64,000 nucleotides of DNA from Planctomycetales bacterium. GTDB lineage: Bacteria > 4484-113. Below, piece by piece: positions 1-9,601 of this stretch (the first letter of the stretch is position 1; each line of letters opens with the position of its first letter). Both the position numbers and the translations under genes were made by a program. Below the pieces are notes generated by a model. It saw only the letters and a program-made list of their open reading frames with translations, had not been told where the DNA came from and made no database searches. The stretch covers positions 105,110 to 169,109 of the forward strand of contig JBBIRS010000002.1 of NCBI GenBank assembly GCA_037441675.1, in the 5' to 3' direction.

Positions 1-32
1 AAAGTAATTCTCTCAATTTGGAGGGTAGAAGA

Positions 33-899
33 ATGAAATTTAGAATACTATTTGCGTTTGTCCTCCTTATACTAGTAGTTGCGGTCGCCCTACTTGCGTT
101 ATACTTCACGGAGAAAGCCTCAGCCACCAGTGAAGCGCGTATCGTACCTCCAGATTGGCGAAACGGCGAGACATATACCTTTGCTATTTACCGTCCTGCG
201 GTAGGAAGAATCGCTACCGCATACTACAGATTTAACATCGGAGAGTATGAAGGTAGACCTGTCTATAAGATAAACTACAACGCACTTAGCGAAAACCTAA
301 CAGAGGCTTCAACTACAGTCGTTGACGCTGTTACACTAGAGCCTTACAAGACTGCTAGAAAATACAAGACGGAAAAGGGAGTAAGCTATGTAGATGTTTC
401 CTACGGTCAGGGAAAGATAGTTGTCAGAAGAAAGTCCGGCGAAGAGGGTGAAATTAGAGAAACAATTATTGATTTCCCTGGGAGAATTTTTGATTACGAT
501 GAGGTGATGTGGCTTATTCAACAGCTGGACTTTTCTAATGATGATAGACTTCACTTTGCCCTCTTTTCCACCGTCGGGGATCAAACCATTCTAGTTGTCG
601 TAAGAAATATGGGGAAGTCTTCCTTTGAATTTTCAGGGAAAAAATTCCAAGCAACTAGATACTCTTTTAATTTGAATCTCGTCAGTCAGGAGGTTTGGAT
701 AGGTGAGATAGATGGCAAGAAAACTGTAGTGAAGTATGATACTGGAGAAAACACATTCTATAACCTTGCGCTTCTAAAGGGAACTAAGGTTGAGGAAACC
801 AAACAATCAGCTTCAGAGGAAAAGACAAAGGAAGAAGAAAAGGTTGAAGAGAAACCAAAAGAACCCGCACCGCCGGGGGAGGGTAAAGTCTATTTCTAA
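33..899 (+). CDS. Membrane-anchored or secreted hypothetical protein with Lys/Glu-rich C-terminal tail
   Basis: ORF track 18..899 starts at TTG. An in-frame ATG at 33 lies about 8 nt after GGAGGG. N-terminal hydrophobic helix FAFVLLILVVAVALLALYF; tail EEKTKEEEKVEEKPKEP. No catalytic motif recognised. Confidence 0.6.
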   Translation: MKFRILFAFVLLILVVAVALLALYFTEKASATSEARIVPPDWRNGETYTFAIYRPAVGRIATAYYRFNIGEYEGRPVYKINYNALSENLTEASTTVVDAVTLEPYKTARKYKTEKGVSYVDVSYGQGKIVVRRKSGEEGEIRETIIDFPGRIFDYDEVMWLIQQLDFSNDDRLHFALFSTVGDQTILVVVRNMGKSSFEFSGKKFQATRYSFNLNLVSQEVWIGEIDGKKTVVKYDTGENTFYNLALLKGTKVEETKQSASEEKTKEEEKVEEKPKEPAPPGEGKVYF

Positions 900-914
900 T
901 ACATAACCCCAAAA

Positions 915-2177
915 ATGTTAACCTTTGGAGTTATAAATACGTCCATCTTAAACAAATTAGACAAGTTCTTGTTGTGGGCTTTAGCTCTTACTGCTTTCTC
1001 ATTTTTGTTGGATGATTCCCTCGCACAAGAAATTAGAACCAATTCAAATGTGTATTTTCAGGATGATTTTTCCCCCGAGAATGATGCAGAGAAGTACTTT
1101 TTTGAAGGTAAATTGGGAGACGCAGTTTACGCTTACAATAATGGAGCTTATTACATATCTGCTAAAAAAAGCAAGGAGCCTGCGCAAAGCGTATTACTTC
1201 ATAATCTCTCAGACTACGAGGTTGAAACAGAAGGTGAGCTAGTCTCAAATACGTCTCCACTTGTTCTTGGAGATGAGCTCATAAGAGCAGGATGGGGCAT
1301 AAGTTTCAATTATCAAGAAACTGTGCAAGAGGAATCATTTCTCTTGTTTGTAATAAACCCAGCGGAAAAGCTTTTTTCCCTTGAAAGACACAGTGGTAAA
1401 AATAAAACATCAATAATTGCGCCACGTAAGCATGAGTTGATTCTGCCGACTAGAAATAAAATAGGTGTAAGTGTGGAGGATGGAAAAATTGAGTTAAAAA
1501 TCAATGAACAAAAGGTTGCGGATGCTTATGAGCCTAGCCAAACCAAGGGAGGATTTGGCTTGTATGTTACCCCCGGCTCTAGTGCTAACTTTTACTATTT
1601 CACCGTTCTTACCAAGGCGAAGCTTAAGTCAACAAACTTGGATGATTTTTCCGGAAAACCCACAAGATGGTTTGCAGGCTATCAGGATGGCGTATTTTAC
1701 AAGTATATTGACGGTTACTATTTAATTGATACCTCCAAGACAGAGAAGAGCGGACTTTCGCTCTTTCCGGGGAAGTACAAGCTCTTTGAAATGGAAGTGA
1801 ACTCATTCAAAGAGTACGGCCCTGATAACTACGGTTTTGGGCTTTTTTTTCAGGACAACCCAAATCAAAGCGGTGGATTTGACCAGTACCGTTTTCTCAT
1901 AAGTAACGACGGCTGGATAACAATCCAAAGGAGCTTTGAAGACATTCCCCGCGCAATTTACGAATGGAGTATATGCCCCGCAGTAAAGCCATCTTCATTT
2001 AACAGGCTAAAGGTCATTATACTTGGTTCAACGATAAAGTTCTACGTGAATGATGAACCTGTTTATCAGCTAGATGAAGTAGCGCCAGTTGAAGGAAAGC
2101 TTGGGTTGTACGTTTCTTCCGGCCTTAGAGTTAGATTTGATGATTTTAAGATAATGGTATACGAGTTATCTTCTTAA
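915..2177 (+). CDS. Secreted protein with two LamG/DUF1080-like beta-sandwich repeats
   Basis: Signal-like N-terminus LWALALTAFSFLLDDSLAQE. Two repeats end in a DUF1080-style motif (GGFGLYVTPGSSANFYYFTV and GKLGLYVSSGLRVRFDDFKI). Confidence 0.5.
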   Translation: MLTFGVINTSILNKLDKFLLWALALTAFSFLLDDSLAQEIRTNSNVYFQDDFSPENDAEKYFFEGKLGDAVYAYNNGAYYISAKKSKEPAQSVLLHNLSDYEVETEGELVSNTSPLVLGDELIRAGWGISFNYQETVQEESFLLFVINPAEKLFSLERHSGKNKTSIIAPRKHELILPTRNKIGVSVEDGKIELKINEQKVADAYEPSQTKGGFGLYVTPGSSANFYYFTVLTKAKLKSTNLDDFSGKPTRWFAGYQDGVFYKYIDGYYLIDTSKTEKSGLSLFPGKYKLFEMEVNSFKEYGPDNYGFGLFFQDNPNQSGGFDQYRFLISNDGWITIQRSFEDIPRAIYEWSICPAVKPSSFNRLKVIILGSTIKFYVNDEPVYQLDEVAPVEGKLGLYVSSGLRVRFDDFKIMVYELSS

Positions 2178-2289
2178 CTTCAATCCAGAAGCATTTTAGA
2201 AATCATTAGAAGAAAGTTACCATTACTGAAAGTACTGTAATCTTTACAATCGGGTAAAATATGCAGGCTAAAAGAAAGCGGAGTTAAAT

Positions 2290-3105
2290 ATGAATTTGCG
2301 AACGTTATTTTACGCAATTATCATTATTGGGTTAGGAGTAACTTCTTGCGGTGGAGGTGGGGGAAAGAGATCATCACCAACACCACAACCACTTTTGGTT
2401 ATTGAAGCCATAAATACCCAGCCATCCACCATTTCCGTTAGCACAGTAGTTACTTTAACCGCAATCTATAATAACCCATCCCTCGCTTCAGGTAGACAGA
2501 AAGTTTGGGAAGTATCAGGAGGAACAATTTCTGACGAACAACCTGATTTTGGGCTAATAATTAAAGAAACCGCAGGGTTAAAATCGGTAAGTGCGAGTGT
2601 CTCTACCACCGCAGATAAGGTTTACTGGTTTACTCCCTCCACTCCTGGAGAGTATACTGTTTCACTCACGGTAGGAGGGGCAAGCAAACAAATAGCGGCC
2701 AGTGTTCAAGCGTCCCCCATAGTCTTGGATATAAACAACACCTCAGATCAAAACGTGGTGATAACAGTTAGAGCGAGCAATGTGTCAAATCTATATCAAG
2801 CCGCATTCCGAATTACCTATAACGTTAATAGATATACACCGATTTCCGTTGAACCTGGCAACTTCCTCGGCTCTTCCAATGAAATTCTATTCCTAGGTCT
2901 TACCAATCAACAAGGAGTTGTTCCTGTTGGCATTACTAGAAAAGGCGGAGCAGCGGGAGTTAGCGGGAGTGGAACTCTCTCTACTATTACTTTCCAGCCT
3001 AAGAGCCAACCAGCAACAAGCAGGGAAACTAGTGTTCATTCTCTTGCTGGTTTTTCAATTTCATTCTATCTTCTCCTCGACTCTCAGGGAAATCCCATCC
3101 GCTAA
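2290..3105 (+). CDS. Lipoprotein with Ig-like domain and C-terminal cohesin-like domain
   Basis: Lipobox GLGVTSC followed by a Gly run. The C-terminal ~130 aa (VVITVRASNVSNLYQAAFRITYNVNRYTPISVEPGNFLG...GSGTLSTITFQPK) fits the cohesin beta-sandwich pattern. Confidence 0.5.
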   Translation: MNLRTLFYAIIIIGLGVTSCGGGGGKRSSPTPQPLLVIEAINTQPSTISVSTVVTLTAIYNNPSLASGRQKVWEVSGGTISDEQPDFGLIIKETAGLKSVSASVSTTADKVYWFTPSTPGEYTVSLTVGGASKQIAASVQASPIVLDINNTSDQNVVITVRASNVSNLYQAAFRITYNVNRYTPISVEPGNFLGSSNEILFLGLTNQQGVVPVGITRKGGAAGVSGSGTLSTITFQPKSQPATSRETSVHSLAGFSISFYLLLDSQGNPIR

Positions 3106-3188
3106 TTCTTTTGAAAAGAGGCAATAAGACCTAACCTTCACTACCCAAATCTTAAACACGTATTCTCACTCAACTGCTATAATCCAAT

Positions 3189-4073
3189 ATGGTTGTGTCT
3201 TCGCAGGTTAACCTATTCTTTGAGCAGGCACGGGAAAAAATAACGAGCTTCTTAACTGATTTCGTCAACAAGAATATAGAAGAGCCTTTACTTAGGGATG
3301 CTTGTCTTCATCTATTGACCAGAGGTAAAATGCTGAGGGGGCTAGCTGCTTTTTCGGTCTTGAAAACTCTATGTCCGCAAGCAAACGTGGAAAATTACCT
3401 TGGGGAGATAAGTAGTCTAGAGCTCGTTCAGTGCTTCACTCTAATTCATGATGACCTGCCGGCGATGGATAACGCGCAAATGAGGCGTGGTGTAGAAACT
3501 GTCCACCGTAAGTATGGAGAAGCAATTGCAATTCTCGCTGGCGATGAACTCTTTGCGCTTGCCTTTAATGCTATCCTCAGCGGAAGTTCAACTCCTAAGC
3601 AAAAACTGAAGCTCGTTGACCAGCTTTCTCAAACAATTAGCAAGGTTATTCAAGGACAGGCTTTTGAGCTTGAACTTTCCGGAAAAGCTCAGGATTTACA
3701 AACAATAGAAAAGGTCATCAGCCTAAAGACCACAAGCCTAATTGTGGCAAGTTTTAAGTTTGGAGGGATACTGGCTAATGCTAAAAAGACTACTTTGAGC
3801 GCTTTAGAACAGATTGCCACTTATTCAGGGCTGGCCTATCAAGCCAAGGACGATCTGCTTTGCGTCACTGCCATTCAGAGTGATGTGGGAAAAACTCTGG
3901 AAACCGATACTTTGCTCGGTAGACCAACTATTATTTCCGTCCTTGGAGTTTACGGAGCAAAAGCTTACTTTGAGCAAAAGATGAAGCTATCTAAAGAAGC
4001 GCTACACTCACTCTTTCAAAGAGAGAATCTGTTGGAGGAATTCCTTAATCTACTTGAGAAGCGAAAGAGATGA
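3189..4073 (+). CDS. ispA: Polyprenyl diphosphate synthase (FPP/GGPP synthase family)
   Basis: First Asp-rich motif LIHDDLPAMDNAQMRRG and second Asp-rich motif YQAKDDLL. Sits directly upstream of dxs and overlaps it (ATGA). Confidence 0.85.
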   Translation: MVVSSQVNLFFEQAREKITSFLTDFVNKNIEEPLLRDACLHLLTRGKMLRGLAAFSVLKTLCPQANVENYLGEISSLELVQCFTLIHDDLPAMDNAQMRRGVETVHRKYGEAIAILAGDELFALAFNAILSGSSTPKQKLKLVDQLSQTISKVIQGQAFELELSGKAQDLQTIEKVISLKTTSLIVASFKFGGILANAKKTTLSALEQIATYSGLAYQAKDDLLCVTAIQSDVGKTLETDTLLGRPTIISVLGVYGAKAYFEQKMKLSKEALHSLFQRENLLEEFLNLLEKRKR

Positions 4074-6016
4074 TAGAATCGAGAACCGTGAAATACTCTC
4101 TTTTAGAAAGAGTAAATAGCCCCGAGGAGCTTAAAGAGTTAAAGCTTCAAGAGCTACCAATCCTCGCGGAAGAGGTGCGGAAGTTCTTGCTTGATAATAT
4201 TCCAAAAACCGGAGGGCACCTTTCGTCCAACTTGGGAAGCGTTGAATTTACTATAGCTCTACACTACGTCTTTGACTCTCCAAAAGATAAGATAATCTGG
4301 GATACGGGACATCAGGCTTACACTCATAAGTTACTTACAGGAAGAAGAGAAAAATTTCCTCAGCTAAGGCAGTTGGGTGGGCTCTCGGGTTTTCTGAAGC
4401 GAGAAGAAAGTATTCACGACATATACGGGGCGGGACATGCTTCCACCTCAATTGCTTGCGCCCTTGGCTTCAATAATGCTGATGATACAAATTGGACAAT
4501 TGCTGTTATTGGTGACAGCGCTCTGACGGGAGGACTGGCGTTAACCGCATTGAACAATGCCTGCCTAGCTAAAAGGCGATTTATGGTTGTCCTTAATGAT
4601 AACGGAATGGGGATCGATAAAAACGTGGGCACGATTGCAAGGTACCTTTCCACGATAAAGAGTAAACCGCCAGCAAGAAAACTGAACGCACTGCTTCGGA
4701 AAACTATTTCTCGCCTTCCTTTTGGAGAACCTACTTTTAGGAATATCTACAATCACATTAAGGACTACTTTTTCTACTTTTTTATGCCCGGAACAAAAGG
4801 AGCCATATTTGAGGAGCTCGGTTTCTCTTATTTTGGACCTTTTAATGGTCATGACGTTATAGGGCTCGTGAAACTTTTGAATGCTCTGAAAAAGATTGAG
4901 GACGAACCTATATTTTTACATGTTATAACTAAGAAAGGAAAAGGCTTCGCTCCCTCCGAAAAAAGCCCGACTAAATGGCACGGTGTTTCCGCAGGAACGA
5001 TTCTGGTGGAGGAAGAAGGTGAAATCATAAAGCAATCTCAGGAAAAGAAAGCTACGAAAACTTTTACTGAGGTTCTAGCGGATACACTTGTTGAACTAGC
5101 TGCTGTTAATCAAAACATCGTTGCGATTACAGCCGCCATGCCAACAGGAACTGGCCTTTCTAAATTTGCTGGGTTATTTCCAGATAGATTCTATGACGTT
5201 GGGATTTCAGAGGATTTTGCAGTTGTTTTAGCCTGTGGATTAGCACTACAGGGTAAGAGACCAGTATGCGCGATTTATTCTACCTTTCTTCAGAGGGCTT
5301 TTGACCAACTCATTCACGATGTTGCCATACAGAATATTCCGGTTATTTTCGCGATAGACAGAGCGGGTATCGTAGGCGAGGATGGAGAAACTCATATGGG
5401 AATTTTTGATATTTCTTTCCTGCGAATGATACCTAACTTCACTATAATGGCGCCCAAGGACGAAAATGAACTAAGAAGTATGTTCTTCACTGCGGTAAGT
5501 AACTGCGATGGTCCTACTGCAATTAGATACCCAAAGGGTAAAGCGCTAGGCGTAGAAATAACGCCAAATCCCGATCCTATCCCCATAGGTTCATGGGATA
5601 CTTTAAGGAGAGGGACAGACGTTGCAATTCTTGCAGTCGGTCCACTTAACTATGAAGCCTTAAGGGCGGCGGACATACTTGAGCGCTCTGGTATTAGCAC
5701 TAGCGTAATTAACGCTAGATTTATTAAGCCAATGGATGAGAAACTTCTTCGGTACATTATCGCTAATTACCCACTTGTGGTGACATTGGAGGAGCATGTT
5801 GTGTCGGGAGGCTTTGGCGCTGGTGTTCTAGAGAATTGCGTGAGGGAAAAAGTTGAACCATTACCCCGCTTTGAACTTATCGGCCTGCCTGACAAGTTCA
5901 TTGAGCAAGGTGACCAAGTGTCACTTAGGAAAAAGTATGGTCTTACCGCTGAGAGTATTTCATCTTTAATTCTTGAACGCCTGAAGTATAAAGAGAAGGA
6001 TTTCAAGGTTGTATGA
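4070..6016 (+). CDS. dxs: 1-deoxy-D-xylulose-5-phosphate synthase
   Basis: 648 aa. Motifs GGHLSSNLGSVEFTIALH, GHASTSI and the TPP-binding region VIGDSALTGGLALTALNNA; transketolase-like C-terminal domains. Confidence 0.95.
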   Translation: MIESRTVKYSLLERVNSPEELKELKLQELPILAEEVRKFLLDNIPKTGGHLSSNLGSVEFTIALHYVFDSPKDKIIWDTGHQAYTHKLLTGRREKFPQLRQLGGLSGFLKREESIHDIYGAGHASTSIACALGFNNADDTNWTIAVIGDSALTGGLALTALNNACLAKRRFMVVLNDNGMGIDKNVGTIARYLSTIKSKPPARKLNALLRKTISRLPFGEPTFRNIYNHIKDYFFYFFMPGTKGAIFEELGFSYFGPFNGHDVIGLVKLLNALKKIEDEPIFLHVITKKGKGFAPSEKSPTKWHGVSAGTILVEEEGEIIKQSQEKKATKTFTEVLADTLVELAAVNQNIVAITAAMPTGTGLSKFAGLFPDRFYDVGISEDFAVVLACGLALQGKRPVCAIYSTFLQRAFDQLIHDVAIQNIPVIFAIDRAGIVGEDGETHMGIFDISFLRMIPNFTIMAPKDENELRSMFFTAVSNCDGPTAIRYPKGKALGVEITPNPDPIPIGSWDTLRRGTDVAILAVGPLNYEALRAADILERSGISTSVINARFIKPMDEKLLRYIIANYPLVVTLEEHVVSGGFGAGVLENCVREKVEPLPRFELIGLPDKFIEQGDQVSLRKKYGLTAESISSLILERLKYKEKDFKVV

Positions 6017-6761
6017 GAAGATACCAACCTGGACTTGGTTAGTAATTTTACTTGGTGTTTATCTCTTCCTTCAAATAGTATTTAACATACTCAAGACCTT
6101 CTGGGTTAAAGATGAAAGAAGAGCTCTGTTGATAGGTTTCATTTCATCAATAGTGTCATACCTTTGGCTAATCTCTGCAGTTCTTGTGATTACCCTCACA
6201 TTGGGATATGAACTAAGGGCAGAGGTGCCTCAGTTTTATCCGGATTTCCTCCTTATCATTATCGCATTCTTGATTTGTTTTGTAGTCAGCTTAGTTGATT
6301 TCTACGTTAGAATGGTGATTAGGCGAAAGCTAGGGCAGACAGTTATGGTTGATGCCGAGGAGGGATACTTCCTTACGCCGACGAGCGTTGGCGCCTGGGA
6401 GCTAGCATTTTTCAACCTTGCAATATTAAAGCCATTCGCCTATGAGCTATTCGTTAGGGGTATCGCCCTTGTGGCGTTTCTAGAGCTTACTAACCAGTGG
6501 AACGTCTTTCTTTCCTACCTTTTCGCTCTTATCTTAACTAGTTTCGTTGAGTTTATGTTAAAACCTAGAGCTGATTCTTTCCTTCCCATTCTTATCATCT
6601 CAGCTATTTTAAGTATAGTTTTTCTGGCATCTTCCGGTGGCATCATCTCTACGATTATTGTGAGAGTCTCATCAAGCATCCTGTTATCCCTCTACTTTAT
6701 GCATCTTGTATTTAAGTTAACAGCGGAAGGAAAAGATACAGGGAAAGATGACAGGCAATGA
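6009..6761 (+). CDS. Polytopic membrane protein, weak and degenerate CPBP-like motif
   Basis: About 7 hydrophobic segments. AYELFVRG resembles the CPBP EExxxR motif but lacks the first Glu. The later FxxxH and HxxxN motifs are absent. Overlaps dxs and rnhB, so it is operonic. Confidence 0.5.
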   Translation: MYEKIPTWTWLVILLGVYLFLQIVFNILKTFWVKDERRALLIGFISSIVSYLWLISAVLVITLTLGYELRAEVPQFYPDFLLIIIAFLICFVVSLVDFYVRMVIRRKLGQTVMVDAEEGYFLTPTSVGAWELAFFNLAILKPFAYELFVRGIALVAFLELTNQWNVFLSYLFALILTSFVEFMLKPRADSFLPILIISAILSIVFLASSGGIISTIIVRVSSSILLSLYFMHLVFKLTAEGKDTGKDDRQ

Positions 6762-7332
6762 TATCTTGGTTTGCGGTATTGATGAAGCTGGGAGAGGCGC
6801 ATTAGCGGGTCCTGTGGTTGCTTGTGCACTAGTATTACCTAAGCACTTTTTTGATCCAAGGGTAAAAGATTCAAAGCAACTTACACCTGACGAACGTACA
6901 AATCTAGCAAAATTCATAAAAGGAATTGCGGTTGACCTTGCTCTTGGTCTAGCTTCCTCCAAAGAGATTGAAAGATTAAACATTTTATTGGCTAGCCTAT
7001 TGGCAATGAGACGTGCCTATAACAAGTTACGCGTTAAGCCTAAGGAGATAATCATTGATGGAACATTTTGCCCAGAAGGAATTCCTCACGGAATCTGCAT
7101 CGCTAAAGCAGACAGCTTCATTCCCGTCGTAAGTGCTGCCTCTATAATAGCCAAGGTGGAACGGGATAAAATAATGACGAAACTGAGCAAGAAATTTCCT
7201 CAATACACATTTAACAAACACAAAGGCTATCCTACCAAGATGCATTTATTTGAGCTCAAGGTTCATGGAGTTACGCCGATTCACCGCAAGACTTTCAAGC
7301 CTGTTAGCAAGACAATTCTGAGTGGAGAGTAA
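6748..7332 (+). CDS. rnhB: Ribonuclease HII
   Basis: CGIDEAGRGALAGPVVA active-site motif; 194 aa. Confidence 0.9.
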   Translation: MTGNDILVCGIDEAGRGALAGPVVACALVLPKHFFDPRVKDSKQLTPDERTNLAKFIKGIAVDLALGLASSKEIERLNILLASLLAMRRAYNKLRVKPKEIIIDGTFCPEGIPHGICIAKADSFIPVVSAASIIAKVERDKIMTKLSKKFPQYTFNKHKGYPTKMHLFELKVHGVTPIHRKTFKPVSKTILSGE

Positions 7333-8318
7333 TGGGAACTGAAGCATTTCGTGATGCAGTTGTTCTAACCGTTTGTGGTGGGAATGGTGGTGATGGCGCG
7401 GTGCACTTTGCACGGTATAAGTACAAACCAAGAGGTGGACCGGATGGCGGTGATGGGGGAAACGGAGGGGATGTTTATTTTAAGGGGGAGAACGCACTGG
7501 AATGCCTTGATTCGCTCTCGGAGGGGAAATGTTACAAAGCAGAAGATGGTGATAATGGTGGACCTGCAAAGAAGACCGGAAAACGTGGGAAGGATTTATT
7601 TATTTCAGTCCCAATTGGCACGCGGATTTACGATTATTCTAGCGGGTTGTTAATAGGGGAAGTTCTATCTGTTGATAATAGGTTGATTGTTGCCCGTGGA
7701 GGAATCGGCGGAACAGGAAACGCAAAACTTTCAACCGCAAGAACCCATACCCCAAGGTTTTCAAAACCGGGCACAAAAGGCGAAGAGCGTACATTACGAC
7801 TCGTCTACCGGGCTTACGCTAGCGTGGCAATAGTTGAGGATTTAGCATCAGATCTTTCTATTCTTAATTGTTTTCAGCCTGCCAGTGGAACAAGTCTTTA
7901 CAGATTCTTTGAGAAGCCTAGAGTTTCTTTACTCACACTTAACTTTCATAAAACACGAACTGTTTATTTGCCTTTGAGCTTTAAGCTAAGCTCATTCAAA
8001 ATAAGTTTTATAGAGCACATTTACTATGCCCAAAACTTAATATTAAACGCCCTATTTAAGGAAGGGATGAAACGCATTGACGCTATATGGCCAGCCTTTA
8101 TCGCAGAAATTCAAAAAATAAAGCATCCCTATTTGAAAAAAATTTTTGTTTTAGCAAGAGAGGACCCCGGTCTACCGTATGAAGTCAGTTATGTTGATCG
8201 TGAGAAAAAGAGCTTAATCTCTGTGGAAGTTCTAACGCTACCTAAAGAAGCTCGCTCAGTTGATGCTTTTCAAAGTTGGATAAAAGATAAGTTGGCTGAT
8301 ACCCTTTTCCGAAATTGA
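7332..8318 (+). CDS. Obg-fold protein with degenerate (P-loop-less) G domain
   Basis: The N-terminal Gly-rich Obg fold is intact (GGNGGDGAVHF, GGPDGGDGGNGGDVYF, ARGGIGGTGN). The colinear C-terminal half lacks G1, G3 and G4 motifs. Start overlaps the rnhB stop (TAATG). Confidence 0.7.
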   Translation: MGTEAFRDAVVLTVCGGNGGDGAVHFARYKYKPRGGPDGGDGGNGGDVYFKGENALECLDSLSEGKCYKAEDGDNGGPAKKTGKRGKDLFISVPIGTRIYDYSSGLLIGEVLSVDNRLIVARGGIGGTGNAKLSTARTHTPRFSKPGTKGEERTLRLVYRAYASVAIVEDLASDLSILNCFQPASGTSLYRFFEKPRVSLLTLNFHKTRTVYLPLSFKLSSFKISFIEHIYYAQNLILNALFKEGMKRIDAIWPAFIAEIQKIKHPYLKKIFVLAREDPGLPYEVSYVDREKKSLISVEVLTLPKEARSVDAFQSWIKDKLADTLFRN

Positions 8319-8392
8319 TGATTCGCTTGGAAATATAACCTACTTTAATTTGAGTAGAATGTCCATTTATCTATCCATGAGAGCCCCTAAAA

Positions 8393-9457
8393 TTACCGAA
8401 ATTTAGCGAGAATATCGTACTGACTTTCAGCAAAGTATGATGAGCGAATTAGCGGTCCACTGGCAACTCCTAAAAAGCCAAGGTCTTTTGCAATTTCAGC
8501 TAGCTCATTAAACTCTTCAGGGGATGCATAACGCACAACCTCGTGCTTGCTTCGGTCGTTTAGTGGTTTTAAGTATTGTCCTATGGTGATTAGGTCAACC
8601 CCTGCTTCCCTTAAATCCATCATAACCTCAACCACTTCATCCAATGTCTCTCCTAGCCCAAGCATCAGCCCGCTTTTGATAATAATTCTTGGAGATACGC
8701 TTAAATCATCCTTCGCCAGTAAACTAAAGAACGAATTGGGAGCTTCAACATTCGCACCCGTTTTGGTGGAGCTTTCGGGAGAGTTAACGCCTCCCTTACC
8801 ATTACCCTCATTTGAAGACGAATCTCGAGCCATCTCTACTGCCACTTTGTCTCTCCTAAAATCTGGGAATGGATGTTTAACTGCGAAATTCTTAGCGCGA
8901 GCAAGTTGTAATAAAGACCACTCATAATGGGCGCCAATTCTGACTTCACGGTAGAGCCTGGGAATAGTCTCAACATTGTGGTTGTAAACCTCTGGAAAAG
9001 CATTCAGCACTTTTAATAAAGCCTGCTCATCGCCCTTGAAATCCGGGGTTAAAACCTCAATCGTGGGAACATCTTCAAGTTTTCTTAACTCATCAATGCA
9101 TGCCACAAAATGACTTGCGCCTCCATCAGGCAGGTCATCCCTATTTACGCTTGTAATAACAACATGTTTAAGTTTAAGTTTCTGGACAGACTGGGCGAGC
9201 AAAAGTGGTTCGTGGGGGTTTAAGCTACCCGGGGCGCCTGTTGCCACACCACAAAAACTGCATTTTCTCGTGCAAACATCACCCATCACCATAAAAGTTG
9301 CTGTTCCTCTACCCCAACATTCACCAATGTTAGGGCAGTTAGCTTCCTCACAAACAGTGTTGAGCCCTAAAAGGGCGGACAGCATTGTTTCCCGCACCCT
9401 AGGGTTTAGAGCCTTTACTCTTATCCAATTCGGACGTTTTTTAGGGTTTTCTATCAC
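8393..9457 (-). CDS. lipA: Lipoyl synthase with ~60-aa low-complexity insertion
   Basis: N-terminal cluster motif CEEANCPNIGEC, radical-SAM motif CTRKCSFCGV, and KSGLMLGLGET. 354 aa, longer than I would expect for a LipA (from memory). Confidence 0.9.
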   Translation of the reverse strand: MIENPKKRPNWIRVKALNPRVRETMLSALLGLNTVCEEANCPNIGECWGRGTATFMVMGDVCTRKCSFCGVATGAPGSLNPHEPLLLAQSVQKLKLKHVVITSVNRDDLPDGGASHFVACIDELRKLEDVPTIEVLTPDFKGDEQALLKVLNAFPEVYNHNVETIPRLYREVRIGAHYEWSLLQLARAKNFAVKHPFPDFRRDKVAVEMARDSSSNEGNGKGGVNSPESSTKTGANVEAPNSFFSLLAKDDLSVSPRIIIKSGLMLGLGETLDEVVEVMMDLREAGVDLITIGQYLKPLNDRSKHEVVRYASPEEFNELAEIAKDLGFLGVASGPLIRSSYFAESQYDILAKFR

Positions 9458-9601
9458 GTTTTTATCGCTAAATACGAGCCGATGTAAATTCGTCAGATTA
9501 AGTCGCCATTAATTATTTAGGATTAATTACCCGGCGTCTCATCAATTATGGTTGAATTTATTAACCTTAAAGCATTAGCCCAAAAAAACGATGGCGAGAG
9601 G

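Noticed and set aside
897-917. ORFs 18..899 and 915..2177 share a reading frame, suggesting read-through
   Set aside because: The stop is TAA. The downstream protein has its own start and signal peptide. Sharing a frame by chance is expected one time in three.
4414-4852. Antisense or nested ORFs in the track. Examples: 4414..4653, 4565..4852, 8547..8927, 20069..20404, 22399..22656, 43168..43500, 59009..59410
   Set aside because: All lie inside, opposite to or out of frame with strongly supported conserved genes. They have low-complexity translations, as expected for shadow ORFs.
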